Below, piece by piece: positions 10,617 to 22,424 of a stretch of 60,252 nucleotides of DNA. Within the stretch, counting starts at the first letter, position 1. Every line of letters begins with the position of its first letter. The notes beneath the pieces are model-generated. The model was not told the DNA's origin, did not search any database, and was given only the letters and a program-made list of their open reading frames with translations. The position numbers and the translations under genes were made by a program. Origin of the DNA: Craspedostauros australis (lineage: Eukaryota); assembly GCA_030167865.1 (NCBI GenBank), contig JALAGF010006574.1, positions 1-60,252 of the forward strand. Direction: 5' to 3'.

Positions 10617-12017
10617 TCAATCTCTCCACCCTTCATCCGTGTTGGGATACTGATACTCCCCCGTCGTCTTGTTCCACACCATCCCCGGCTGCGCCTCCGT
10701 CTGCTTCTGCATGGCCAACGCCATGAACTCCTGACGTTCGCGCTCCTCCCGCTGCTCGCGCTTGCGTTCCTCCTCCTGCTGCTGACGTTTCTGCTCCTGC
10801 TGCAGCCGCTTGTCGCGCGCCGTCTGGATCTGCCGATGCGCCGCCTTGTAAAACAGAAGGTCGGTCTCGAGCTTGTTGAGGAATTGCAGATCGTCCTGGT
10901 CCTGCTTCAGCGCCTGTTCGAGCCACGGCAGGTAGGGCAGGCCTCGCACTTCGAGCGCGCGCCGTTGCTGCGAGATGCGATGGAAGGCCTGCCGCGCCTC
11001 TTCGATGCGCCTTTCTTCTTGCAGCACGGATTTGTAGGCGTCGAGGAGTTCCGCGCCGACAGGTGCGTTGGCCTTCTGGTCCTCCTCCTGGTGCTGCAGT
11101 TTGCTGATCGTGTTGGAAACGATCGTCGTGGCGTGATCAAAGTCCTGCTGCAACGAATCGACCTGGTTCCACAGCTCGAGCAAGGAGTTGGTGGTGAGGA
11201 TGGTGGGTCGTTTGCGTTGCTTGGCACCCGTCTTTGCTTTGCTGCCGCCATTAATGCCAGTTCCCTCATTCGAGCCCCGTCGACGCTTTGTGCCTTTGCT
11301 AGTGTCAACATGCTGCTCAGTCGCTGCTGTGGCAGCATCGAGGTCGACATTGATGTTGAGGCTGATGCCTCCGGACGTATCCCCGAACAGACTGCCATCA
11401 TCGTCGTCGTCGTCGTCGTCATCGGAGGACATTCCAATGCCAACGCTGTTGGAGCTTCTATCCGTCATGGAGGCATCGTGCGACAATGCCGGCGATGTTA
11501 TCGACGACCTGCGCGAACTGGGTGGCGGCGATTCGGGGATCTCCGTCTGCGGCGAAAAGTTGAGACCGCCAGGCAAGGAGGACGCATCCGGCGACGACGG
11601 CATCGCCGAACCGCCATTGCGATGCGGCTCCAACCCGCGAAGCAGCTCGTTGACGTACCGCACCGAGAACACGCGACGATCGGCCCAGATCTTGACCGTG
11701 CGGCGGATCTTCTCGACGACCGGCGACGCCGATCCTTGGGCCATGAAGATGAGCGATTGTCCCAGGATGGGCGAAAAGGCCTCCAGGAACTTGTTGCCGC
11801 GGTTGCGCTTCGAGTTCTGCAGCACCTCGTTGGCCACGTAGAGCAGCGGCAGGCGTTGGTCGGGACGCGACTGGTGCAGGGCGTTGCGCCATTCCGAAAC
11901 GGCGACGGTCGACGTGTGATCGTAATGCCGCATCATGGCTGCGGCGGCGCCGTGGATGCCGGGGGCGGTGGCATCGGCCTTGCGCAGTTTGGCGCGCAGC
12001 GCTGCGGCGTCGGCCAT
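10617..12017 (-). CDS. CID-domain protein (RPRD1/RTT103-like) with C-terminal coiled coil
   Basis: RLPLLYVANEVLQNSKR...FLEAF and KIRRTVKIWADRRVF: RNA Pol II CTD-interacting domain. Confidence 0.9.
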   Translation of the reverse strand: MADAAALRAKLRKADATAPGIHGAAAAMMRHYDHTSTVAVSEWRNALHQSRPDQRLPLLYVANEVLQNSKRNRGNKFLEAFSPILGQSLIFMAQGSASPVVEKIRRTVKIWADRRVFSVRYVNELLRGLEPHRNGGSAMPSSPDASSLPGGLNFSPQTEIPESPPPSSRRSSITSPALSHDASMTDRSSNSVGIGMSSDDDDDDDDDGSLFGDTSGGISLNINVDLDAATAATEQHVDTSKGTKRRRGSNEGTGINGGSKAKTGAKQRKRPTILTTNSLLELWNQVDSLQQDFDHATTIVSNTISKLQHQEEDQKANAPVGAELLDAYKSVLQEERRIEEARQAFHRISQQRRALEVRGLPYLPWLEQALKQDQDDLQFLNKLETDLLFYKAAHRQIQTARDKRLQQEQKRQQQEEERKREQREERERQEFMALAMQKQTEAQPGMVWNKTTGEYQYPNTDEGWRD

Positions 12018-12700
12018 GTTGTGAGTAATAGAATACTAATTATAGAATATATTGATCGTATTATTGATCGTATAATAGATTAGTTGGCTAGAGTGATCTT
12101 GCGAGTGCTCGCGTGGCTGATCTTGAGCTTGTTGGAGCCACGATGACGGATGGCCAGGGACAGGGTGCTTTGTGGGTACGACCTTTGACAGTAATTGTGA
12201 CAGAGAGGTGCAAAACGGTCCAACGACGGCACCAGCAAACAAAAAGTGTCATGGTCAGTCCTCGTTTGGTGTTGTCGTGCACAATCGTATTATCGATTTG
12301 GTTGGGTGGGTCATACTGACAGACCGTTGACATGTCCTTTTGTGTTTTCAAACTTTTGGCATAGAAACGGGGATTGGCGAGAGACGAAGAAGTTCACATT
12401 TGGACTTCTGGCTTCGACCGCAACAGAGGTTGCAACCTCTAGTTTATTATACGTACTCCACTGAACTCCACTCTAACTATTTGTATCATGCTGTCGATAA
12501 GAACAAATGTGCAAGCAGTAACAGCATTGGCAATGGTTTGAGATGTCTATGGTTACGTATTCATCATTCTCCAAAGCATGTCTGCGCTGTCCACCCGAGT
12601 TGGGAATCGGTATGATGGAATCAATGCCTGCCTACTCAAACAAGATGCCAGTGGCAATGACCTTCCCGCAGACTATATGGTGCTCGTGCAACATCGTGCT

Positions 12701-13393
12701 TTACTCCACACCCAAAGCAGCGGAGAAGTTGGGCCACGTCAATCCCTGCTCGCCGTCGGAAAGCTCCTGCAACCGCCGGCTCATCTTGCGCCGCGCCAAC
12801 TTTTCCGACCCGTCCGCCAGAACATCAAAGAGAACGGCCGCGGCCGCCGTATCCTCCATCTTGCCGGCCGACTTCGACACGAACGGCCCTCCCAACGGCG
12901 TGGCGAAATCCATCTCGAGGATGGCCGCGACGAATTCGTCCTGCGTCACGGCCGTAACGTCGTCGCTGTAGATCGACGTGCGCCACTTGGCCTCGTGCTC
13001 TTTGCCCAGATTCTCGAATTTGCGCTGCTCGTACGTGGGGATCCACTTGGGTCGGCTGGCCGATTGGTCGGCCATCTTGTATCCGCCATCGGGCAGACGG
13101 TATTCGCAGTCCTTGCAGGCCGAGTAGCAGCACATGCCGCCGGAATCATCGAGCATGATGTACTTTTCGGCCAGACGTCCGAACAGCTTGACGGCTTCCT
13201 TGGGTTCGATGGATGGCACAACGGCTGCTGCTGTTGTCTCTTCATCGGTCTCCGTCGAGGACAGAGCGGACGTGGCCGGAGCACGTGCGACGTTGGACGC
13301 GAATCGGCATTGACCCGCGGATGGTTGGAATGCCTCGACGTGGACGATGCCGACGATGGCGACGGCGGAAAGCAATGATTGGAATGTCTTCAT
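12701..13393 (-). CDS. Plastid-targeted protein with a CCxxxCxxC (oxidoreductase-like) motif
   Basis: Signal peptide ending VEA-FQP (ASAFAP-like) plus transit peptide; GMCCYSACKDCEY motif. Confidence 0.8.
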   Translation of the reverse strand: MKTFQSLLSAVAIVGIVHVEAFQPSAGQCRFASNVARAPATSALSSTETDEETTAAAVVPSIEPKEAVKLFGRLAEKYIMLDDSGGMCCYSACKDCEYRLPDGGYKMADQSASRPKWIPTYEQRKFENLGKEHEAKWRTSIYSDDVTAVTQDEFVAAILEMDFATPLGGPFVSKSAGKMEDTAAAAVLFDVLADGSEKLARRKMSRRLQELSDGEQGLTWPNFSAALGVE

Positions 13394-14033
13394 GGTCGTG
13401 TTTGTAGGTCTGGAGTGTGATCTGTATTGTGTGAGGAGTGGGTGTTATTGTCTTTGCCTGTATCGAGTAGGAGTGAGAGTATGCCATGGTAGCGCAGACA
13501 TTCGTTGTCACATCAATTGGATGGCGACGTGTGTGGTGGAAGCGTCAGAACAGTGGGTGATTTGCGTGATCGAAATTGGAACTTCGTGCGTTGTTTTGTG
13601 GAGCGATTCACTTTTTCTCCTTTGTTTTCGTTGTTCCGCGCAAAACACGTCATTGTGGGGGTTGCGATCAAGTGAGTCATTGCGACTGGATCGACTTCAC
13701 ACAATTCGGTCGGCGTGGTCAAACACACCGAAAAAACAGAAGAAACATCGTTTTTGTTCGTTGGTTTGATTGTGATCTTGTGGCGGAAGATCTGCGTCCT
13801 CGCTTCTGCGCACATCATCCACATCACAAACAACACGATCGAAGGCATCAACCACATCAAACACATCAAAGGCATCAACCAATTCATCCATCATTTGAGA
13901 GAACTATTCTACCATAGATAGTACACCCCGTCTTCCGTCTTCTATCATATAATACCCATTGCTTTTCCAAGAACAACACTTCACTGCACCACACTGCACC
14001 ATACTTCAGAAACATTCATTTATTGGAATCACA

Positions 14034-14989
14034 ATGAACAGAGCACTCCTTTCCACACTGCAACGATCGTCTTGGACGACTGCGGCAGTGCGCAGCACGG
14101 CGGTTCGCAGCACATCGATCGCTGGCGCATGGACGACGCGCAACTTCCACAGCTCGACGCCCGCAAGTGCCGGCTACCCTGACTACCACGGCACCACAAT
14201 CCTCTGCGTGCGCAAGAACGGCCAAGTCTGCATGATGGGCGACGGCATGGTCTCGATGGGCAGCATGATCGTCAAGCCCGACGCCGTCAAGATCCGCCGC
14301 ATCTTGCCGAAAGGCACGACGGACACGCAGAAGGGAACGCTCGTGGGCTTTGCCGGCACGACCGCGGATGCCTTCACGTTGTTGGAGCGGTTGGAAGGGA
14401 AGCTGGATGAATATCCGGGTCAGTTGGCGCGTTCGGCCGTGGAATTGGCCAAGGGCTGGCGCACCGACAAGTATCTGCGACGTTTGGAAGCTGCCTTGAT
14501 CGTGGCCGATGCGCAGGTGTCGTTGGAGATCACGGGCAACGGGGATGTGTTGGAAATGACGGACGGCGTCGTTTCGGTTGGCAGCGGGAGTCCGTATGCG
14601 CTAGGTGAGTTTGGCCGTCTCATGTTCCAACCAATCCATGCATGAAGAGCACTGCTGAATTGGCCTCATCGAGTGAAACTGCGATCTGATACTCGTCGCA
14701 TGTCTCTCCTGCCCATTCCCTTCTGTTTCCTGTTTCTCCTCTCTGATCCACTCTCTCTCTTTCGCTCATCAAATCCGTACGCGCGCATACTTGTCCAGCC
14801 GCTGCAAGAGCACTCATGAGTGTCGAAGATCTCTCGGCGGAGGATGTCGCATCACGCGCAATGAACGTCGCTGCCGATCTCTGTTGCAACACCAACCATA
14901 ACTTTATCAAGCATACCCTGGTGGATGAAGCCTTTGGGGTCGAGAAGAGCGACGGTGACAAGGAGGGAAGCAATCCTGATCAGTTGTAG
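14034..14989 (+). CDS. hslV: Mitochondrial HslV (ClpQ) protease subunit; exons 14034-14604 and 14799-14989
   Basis: R/S/T-rich presequence; [46 protein letters not shown]. Intron GTGAGT(14605)..CAG(14798) restores AAARAL...AADLC.NTNHNF. Confidence 0.95.
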
Positions 14990-15179
14990 AACTATCGTCA
15001 CTGGGCATCGAGGTAGATGTTTTCGTCGGTTGATCTGGTGTTGTACCATTCTACTCGTACGAGTGTAAAACTGAGTTAGTTGCAATCAACCGTATTGTTG
15101 GAATTGTGAAATGCTGTCTCTGTATGGTTACCCTCGTCCTGCCTGTGACACAATCTGGAGATCATCATACCCGACACCA

Positions 15180-17168
15180 TTACAGCTGAAGGAATTTCGA
15201 CGATTGTGTCGATGTCGATGATGTCTTTCGTCTGCTACCGCCTCTCTTCCTCCTTTGCGTGGCTGTTTTCACATGCTCCTTGTTGCCACCACACCCAAAC
15301 GTGACTCTGGTCTTCATCTCCTCCATCAACATGCTGCGCGCCAACTTTCTCCCCTTCGAGGTTCGTAGCACGTCCTTCAGCACCTGCCTCTGCGTGTACC
15401 CCGTCAGCGCCGCAGAATCTCGCACGATCTTGCGAATGCGCCGGCGTGACAAGCGCCCCGTGGTGGGATTGCGAATGAGCTGCTGCAACGATCGGTCCAC
15501 GATTTCCGACCCGGATGGATTCTCCAGCATCACCGACAGCGCGTACGGGTACATGATCTGCAGCACGTTGAACTCCGGATCCAAAGTCCTGGCGATTCCC
15601 TCCAACGTCGACAAACCTCTCGCGTTGTTGATGAAGTAGGGTGGCAGCTGGAATTGGAACTGCGGAATCATGCGCACCATGGCTTCCAACAGTTGATCAA
15701 ACAGCAGCACGGGAACGTTCATCTCCTCGTTTCCCGTTGACGTCGGATAGTGCAACGCCGCTGTCAACGTCCGTTCCATCGCCTCGTACAGCTCCTTGCG
15801 TTGATCCTGCATGACACGCGGTGGCAACAGCTGCAGCTCCCCCATCAGATCGGCCACGGCACGATAATCCTTGTGAAACACCAACTGCGTCACGGCGCAC
15901 ACCAACGCGTCGCGCACTTGCGCATCGATGCGCGCCACGATACCGAAATCGAGATATCCCAACCGCACGCCGCCATCGTCTTGTCGCACCTTGAGCAGAT
16001 TGCCGGCATGCGGATCGGCGTGAAAGACGCCGTCGACCAGGAGCTGGCGCAACGTACAGCGGATACCCTGCTGCACGACGTCCAGGAACTCGGCCCTGTC
16101 GGTCGGTGTCGTCATGGCGGACTGCGTCAACGTCTCGCCGTCCATCCATTGCATGACGAGGATATTCTGCGTGCAGTAGTCGGTGTAAATCTGCGGCACG
16201 ACGACGCGGAATTCTTCCGGCAAGGATGTTTGCTGCATGCCGTACATTTCTCCGAACAACTGCGCGTTGTTTGCTTCGTTGCGATAATCCAGCTCTTCGA
16301 CGATGCGCGTCATGAATTCATCGACGGCGTTGACGAGATCCGTTTGGATGAGCCGGCGATCCGATGACAATTTGAGCGATTCCAAGAATTCGGCAACGCC
16401 GCGCAATACCTTGGCATCCTGTTCCACCATGGCACGAATGCCAGGTCGTTGGATCTTGATGGCCACGGTGCCCAACTCGGGCAGTTCGGCCTTGTACACT
16501 TGCCCGATACTGGCCGCCGCGACGGGCATTGCCGATAACTTCGGTACATCATCGCTGCTGCCGCGCCATTCGCGTCGCAAGATGGCTTCCGCTTCCGACG
16601 AATGAAAGGGCTTCATGCTGTCCTGCAACATTTCCAACTCGTGCGCCAACGCCGGCGGCACAATATCGGGACGACTGGCCAAGGCCTGACCGAACTTGAC
16701 ATACGTTGGTCCCAATTCTTCCAAGGCCTGTGCGACGCGTTGCGCGTTCGTGGATCCGTCGTCGTGAGAGCGATTCCAGAATTCACACCAGTCGGTGGGT
16801 TTGCCTTCGCGCAGCAACGAGAGGAAGAGCGGCAGGATGAGCTGATTCGAAAAGACGGCGATCAAATCCGCGGCGCGTTCGTACGCATTGTCCGAAATGA
16901 ATTTGTAATTGTAGGTCGATGATTGGGGATTGTATCCGCGTGAGTTGTCCGTGTTGCGTTGGGACGTCGTGGCTGTGGATGTCGTCAATGTGGTGGTGGA
17001 CTGTAGCTCAGTGGTGGTGATGGTGGTTGTTCCATGATTGATCGCCTGCTGGTGCTGTGGATGCAGACGCAATCGAGAGCCAATGCCAGCAGGTTGGAAG
17101 GCATCCACTCGTGCCAGACATGCGATTGCCAGCAATGCGCTAGTTCTTCCTTTTGTCGGAAGCTTCAT
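15180..17168 (-). CDS. Plastid-targeted ABC1/UbiB atypical kinase
   Basis: LGPTYVKFGQ, AAASIGQVY, VAIKIQRP, FHADPHAGN and YLDFG motifs; presequence VDA-FQP. Confidence 0.95.
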   Translation of the reverse strand: MKLPTKGRTSALLAIACLARVDAFQPAGIGSRLRLHPQHQQAINHGTTTITTTELQSTTTLTTSTATTSQRNTDNSRGYNPQSSTYNYKFISDNAYERAADLIAVFSNQLILPLFLSLLREGKPTDWCEFWNRSHDDGSTNAQRVAQALEELGPTYVKFGQALASRPDIVPPALAHELEMLQDSMKPFHSSEAEAILRREWRGSSDDVPKLSAMPVAAASIGQVYKAELPELGTVAIKIQRPGIRAMVEQDAKVLRGVAEFLESLKLSSDRRLIQTDLVNAVDEFMTRIVEELDYRNEANNAQLFGEMYGMQQTSLPEEFRVVVPQIYTDYCTQNILVMQWMDGETLTQSAMTTPTDRAEFLDVVQQGIRCTLRQLLVDGVFHADPHAGNLLKVRQDDGGVRLGYLDFGIVARIDAQVRDALVCAVTQLVFHKDYRAVADLMGELQLLPPRVMQDQRKELYEAMERTLTAALHYPTSTGNEEMNVPVLLFDQLLEAMVRMIPQFQFQLPPYFINNARGLSTLEGIARTLDPEFNVLQIMYPYALSVMLENPSGSEIVDRSLQQLIRNPTTGRLSRRRIRKIVRDSAALTGYTQRQVLKDVLRTSKGRKLARSMLMEEMKTRVTFGCGGNKEHVKTATQRRKRGGSRRKTSSTSTQSSKFLQL

Positions 17169-17976
17169 CTTCAAAATGCTGTTGCGGAGTAAGCGACTTG
17201 ATGGTGGTAGAAGAGAGAGAGAGAGAGAGTGTGTGTGTGAGAGTGGGAAGGATAATGCCGCCGATGAAGATGCAGACTCTCAGGAGAGAGTTGAGGAGAG
17301 TGTCTCGATCGAGACCAGGTTCTCTCTCGAGATGGATGGATGGATGGATGACGTTGGTGGTGTCACGCGAGATGTTGTTGCTTTCTCTCTCTTGCGTTGG
17401 ATGGAGGCGTCATTGAAATTCACTTTCGTGCCCACGTGTCGGCGATTGTTTGGTTTGTTTTGGTTTTTGCCGATGACGCCAACGTCACTTCAACTTTCCG
17501 TCTATGCATTCGAATTAGTCATTCCGGTCTTGTTTCTTTCCACAAAATGGCGAATGCTGGTCAGCACAAATGCACAGAAAGAGAAGGCGATCCTGCACAA
17601 CATGGATCGCAACCCAGTGCACAGAAGCGGAGGCTGCAACAAACGAACAATCGATCACTGTGCTGGACCAACGGAACTATTGCTCGTGTGTAATGTGTGT
17701 AATGTGTGTAGTGTGTGTACAGCGTGCACTGCTGCCTCTCTCTCTCTTTCGTCTTCTGTTGTGCTCGTACCTCTGGAGCGCGCCCATTGCCTCATCGATC
17801 GTATTGCCCCCGCTCTGTCTCTCCCTCTCGCTCGCCAGACATGAGCGCCAACATGTGGACTAGTATGATACTTGCATGTATTGGTATGTGCTAAAGTCAT
17901 GTGTTATTTGAAAGTACATGCTGCGGACAAGCTAACTACTTTCATAGAATGCTATCGTTCCCATCGCCCTGCATCA

Positions 17977-19269
17977 TCAAATGCTTCTGAACTGAGCGAC
18001 CTTGATCGGGATGGGATCGTGGCAGTCGGCGTTGTTGATGTCGACGTCCCCATGCAGATTGATCAGATCGTCGATGTACCTCGTGAAGACTGCATCTTGG
18101 AACTTGCCGACGCCATTGTGTCCTTGCGTGGAATCGGCTGGCGTTGTGTCCAGCGGAGTGTTGTGGTGCATGAACCATGAGAAATAGTCCTGCTGCTTTT
18201 TGCAAACCGAAGGGTCGATCTCTTCGGCGGCCATGTGCTTTTGTCGTCGGTGCTGATTAGTGTGGTTGTGCTGATGTTGTTGATGGTGCTGTTGGTTGTG
18301 TTGTTGGGGAGCAGTGGTGGTGGTGGAGGAGGATGTTGAGTGCGTGGGGGTCGTGTTCTTGCTCCTGCTCCTGCTCCTGCTCCTCGGCGTGCTCTTACCC
18401 TTCGCAGAGGATCGGGACTTCGATCGGGAGGACGAATACAATCGCTTCAATCGCTCCTCCATTGTTTCCATCGCATGAGGCTGCTTCTTGGTCTTCTTGG
18501 TGTGCTTCGTCTGATGCTTCGTGGTGGTCATGACGGACAGATCTCGCAGGGCGTGGCCCACCTTCTCTCGGATCTTGGTGTCGTCCAGTTCGACGTACTC
18601 CCCGCTGCGGTCGCGCTTGAGGAATCGACCGCCTTGTTCACGGATGGTGCGGATGACGGAATGGATGATGACGGTCTTGTCCGCCTTCGTCTTGGCGACG
18701 ATGTAGGCTGGGACATTGCTCGTGATGGTCACGCGGAATCGGCGGTTGCCAATGTTGTTGAAGGACTTGGAGGTGCGGCCGCAGAGGATGTCGTGCGGGC
18801 CCAAACCATCCTGCGCGGATGCGTTGTCGTCGCTGTCGCCGGTGTTGTTGAGCTGCACAACGGCCGACGAGGATGCGTTGCTGTTCTTCGAATGAGAGGA
18901 GTTGTTGTTCAACGTGGATGCATCCTGTCCGGCGTGGGTGATCTCCATCTGGTGCTGTTGGTTGGTGTTCGTAGTGATGGTGGTAGTGGTTGCCGAAGGA
19001 CCAAACTGGCAGTTGCTGTTAGCAGTGTTCATGCTGTGGTTGCAATGGGCATTCATGTTTGCGTATCCGGAGGTCGCCATGTTGATTTGAGGCATCGTGA
19101 TGTCAATCATGCCGTTGTTCCCGTTGCTGCAGTTGTTGATGTTGCCGTAGTTGTTGTTGTTGTTGAGATTGCTGCTGAGGTTGTTGCTGAGGTTGTTATT
19201 GTTGCTGGTAGTGGTGGTGTTGTCAAACATGTCCAAGTCGAACATTGCGAGTGGTGCCAGGGAACGCAT
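17977..19269 (-). CDS. DUF6824-domain protein with Asn-rich N-terminus
   Basis: HDILCGR...NIGNRRFR...GGRFLK...REKVGHALRD. Start placed at MRSLAP (inferred); the upstream part of the listed ORF looks non-coding. Confidence 0.85.
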   Translation of the reverse strand: MRSLAPLAMFDLDMFDNTTTTSNNNNLSNNLSSNLNNNNNYGNINNCSNGNNGMIDITMPQINMATSGYANMNAHCNHSMNTANSNCQFGPSATTTTITTNTNQQHQMEITHAGQDASTLNNNSSHSKNSNASSSAVVQLNNTGDSDDNASAQDGLGPHDILCGRTSKSFNNIGNRRFRVTITSNVPAYIVAKTKADKTVIIHSVIRTIREQGGRFLKRDRSGEYVELDDTKIREKVGHALRDLSVMTTTKHQTKHTKKTKKQPHAMETMEERLKRLYSSSRSKSRSSAKGKSTPRSRSRSRSKNTTPTHSTSSSTTTTAPQQHNQQHHQQHQHNHTNQHRRQKHMAAEEIDPSVCKKQQDYFSWFMHHNTPLDTTPADSTQGHNGVGKFQDAVFTRYIDDLINLHGDVDINNADCHDPIPIKVAQFRSI

Positions 19270-20873
19270 TTTGTGGTTGTTGTTGGTGATGAAGTCGTTT
19301 GGGTTGGCTGTAATGGTGGTTCCAGAGAGTGGTGGAGTGCGGTGTAGTGTGTATGTGAACTTGTTGGAGGAAGTGTAAGGAAGTGTAATACGTTGTGTGT
19401 GGACTGCTGTGAAGTTGCCGATTTTGCTTTTGTGTGGATGATGATCTGCTCTTTTGATGTTTTGAATTTGTGAGAGCATGAGATTGATGAACGAAGTAAG
19501 GATCGCAGGCAATTGGCTTCCTCCACAACATGTCGTACCAAGATAGGATGTGGAAGGGGTCTTGCCTTCGCTCTGTGTTGGCCAAGACCGGACAGCACAA
19601 AATACAGCACAGATCTGTGGAGAGACAAGATCAAGACCGTGGTCTTGGTTGTGTTTTGACGGCGAGATCACGCCGCGGGCATACAAGTTATGTCGTGCTT
19701 CCATCACAGCGATGTCGCAAATCTGTCTACGCTTCCCCCTATTTATGAATGGCGACACGTCAATGGTGGCGCCTCTTAATTGACGGATGCGTTGTTCTGT
19801 CATTTCTGCACACGACGAAAAAGCCGCTATCACCGAGATGGGCACAGAGTTAAGTAAAATGTGCCTTCGCATTCGTTTAGAGGACAGGAGCACTCGTGCA
19901 AAACTCGTCACAAGGACATCGCCGAGGAGAGATCACATCTTGCGCCGACCATGCCCACAGAATCACAACACAACACAAAATCGGACGATCACAATCATGA
20001 TGGATGCTCTGTTGTCGAATGACGATCTTGCATACGATCAGGATCTCTTGCGTGCAGCTGGACAGCATCAGCGTGAGTATCCTCGTTGGAGTTGGAGTTC
20101 ACGCAGTGTTGTGCCGCTCGTTCGCTCGATCGTTCGAAACAGAGAGAGCTCAGCAGCAGTGTCGGCGAGGTCACCGAATCGGTGAGGCAATCATTCTCAT
20201 CTCGTCTCAGACCACAACGCCAATCGCTGACTACACACAGAACCAAATCACCACTCTATGTTCTATTCTATGCTCCATGCCATCTCTTTCAAATCGCAGC
20301 TGCAGACACGCACAATTGTTGGATCGATCTCTTCTCTCTCGTCTGCTCGCGCAACAGCAAACGGCGATGACGGCGGCGATGTTGACGACAACAAACGATG
20401 ATCCGTTGTTGAAAAGAGCCTACGTGTCTGGCGGGAACAAACAAGCCACCGATTGTCATGACGATTTGTTGCATGTCTCATTCCATGCGATTTCGCCGAC
20501 ATCAGCCTGGGCGTTGTGCGGACCCGAACGGGAAGAAAGGAGAGAGAAACAGTATTATCTAGACTTGTTGTGAAGCCTTCAATGACAGAATGGAAGAGTC
20601 GCTTTGATCGACTGCTTCTTGCATTCACGAATGCGATTGGAACACGAAATGACTTCATGTTCGATTTTGTGTCGTGTTGTGGTCATGGTCGACCATGGCG
20701 GAATCGACAGAGACGGTTTCTGTCGTGCCGTTGGGTCAAACTACGCTGAGTTGTGCCTCCTTCTCAGTTCCCACACTCGCAACACGAGCAACAAATGGAA
20801 CACTCGAGCTCGTCCACGACGTCAAACAGCCGCATCATCCACAAGAGCGCTAATCAGTCCAGCACACGATACG

Positions 20874-22218
20874 ATGGCATCACGAGACCTTACAGCGGCC
20901 TTCTTGGAGAAGCGATCCGCGGCGTCTTTGCGCCGTCGATCGGAATCGGCGAATGGCGGCGAATCCACTTTGACGAAGCTCACAGCAGGCGGCAGCGATG
21001 ACGGCCATGCTCTCATGCTCATGGAGGTGAGCGGCGTCGTGTCTTTCGTTTGTTTGTGGCAACAGCAACAGCGACGGCGATGCAAGTGATCGATGTGTTC
21101 CTCCATGAAGCAATCAGTCAAGCAATGAAGCAATGAGATAGCAGTGCGCACCGACAATGACCGAACGGCAGAATCGGAGGCGTGCCTTGATGCATGCTCC
21201 AGGCTGCTTCGACGAACATGCTGCGCTGTGCTGCATCATTCCATGCCATGCCATGCTTCGCCGAATCACTTCCAAAATGATGACACGTTGGCGGCATCAT
21301 GATTGGTGTCAATAGCTCTAACCCATCGAAATCCATTGCCGTCCTCGTCCAAATCCAACACTAATGATGCGACATCGCATTGCGCACGCCAAACCAACCA
21401 TCATGTTCCAGGACGGGGAAGGCATCCAGATGAGCAACTTGGGCGGCGGAAACGGCTTGCACACATCGGCCCCGCCGATCTGGGTCGACACGGTCGATGC
21501 CATCCACAACGAGATATCCGAAATCCAACGCTTCATGGACAAGCTCACCAGCCTGCACGCCAGCCGCGTCGGCAGCGTCTTCGGCAAGGACCTGCAGGAC
21601 ATGGAAGGACAGATCGAGCATCTCACGCAGGACATCACCGACAAATTCCGCACCGTCGAACGCATGCTGACGAAGGTCGGTGCCGCGACGAAACGCGCCG
21701 GCGGTCAGGAGGCGACCATCGGCGCCAACGTGCAACGCAACCTGGCCAAGCAACTGCAGCAGCTCAGCGTCACGTTCCGACAGTCGCAGCGCAAGTACCT
21801 GGCCGAGGTGCAGGCGCAGAAGCAGGGCGGCGACGACAAGTTCGGCATCGATCTCAACGCGGCCGCCGATGGCGATTTCTTCACGACGCAGCAGGTGCAG
21901 GTCGTCGACAATCTGCAGGAGGCCATCCAATCGCGGGATCAGGAGATTGCCAAGATCGCGCAGTCCATCGAGGAGCTCGGGACCATCTTCAAGGAACTCG
22001 CGGTGCTCGTCATCGATCAGGGCACCATCTTGGATCGTATCGATTACAACATGGAGGCGGTCGTGGAGCATACCAAGACGGGCATTCAGCAATTGGAGAA
22101 GGCGGAGAAGTCCCAGAAGAATGCAAGGCCCCAAAAGTGCATATTCTGTCTCGTCGCGTTGATCTGCGCTCTGCTGCTCATCCTCATCTTCAAGCACAAG
22201 ATGCGGCGGTGGGTCTAG
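20874..22218 (+). CDS. STX16: Syntaxin-16/Tlg2-like Qa-SNARE; exons 20874-21026 and 21412-22218
   Basis: N-peptide MASRDLTAAF; PPIWVD; SNARE motif IFKELAVLVIDQGTILDRIDYNME; C-terminal TM. Phase-0 intron 21027-21411 with CTAAT branch site at 21361. Confidence 0.93.
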
Positions 22219-22424
22219 TGTCTCAAAGACCCTTGTGGAGTCCTCGAGTACTCTCTCTGGAGTTTGGTTTTTACAATAGGTACATCTGCAGCATTCCTGT
22301 TGTTGTTGAGCGAAGTCTGTGCTTGAAGGCACCCCTGGGTGTTTTGCGCACGTTCGCACACAATCGACAGGTACGTCACGTGCACAGATTGCGATGATGA
22401 ATGTGGCAATGTAGTCGTAGTGAT

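Noticed and set aside
10608..12083. Long antisense ORFs (also 21361-22584, 23051-23959, 25807-27024, 50761-51975, 54360-55475)
   Set aside because: Shadows of GC3-rich genes on the opposite strand; no motifs of their own.
13810..13895. CATCAA-rich quasi-repeat upstream of hslV, and (GA)n/(GTT)n tracts near 17213, 42352, 49795 and 58291
   Set aside because: Ordinary low-complexity UTR or intergenic microsatellites.
14034..14989. hslV as bacterial contamination or recent horizontal transfer
   Set aside because: It has a spliceosomal intron and a mitochondrial presequence; mitochondrial HslV is known in many protists.
19997..20573. Possible small spliced gene (MMDALLSNDD..., GTGAGT donor near 20072)
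   Set aside because: The nearby acceptors give only a short peptide with no homology; it lies in a divergent promoter region.
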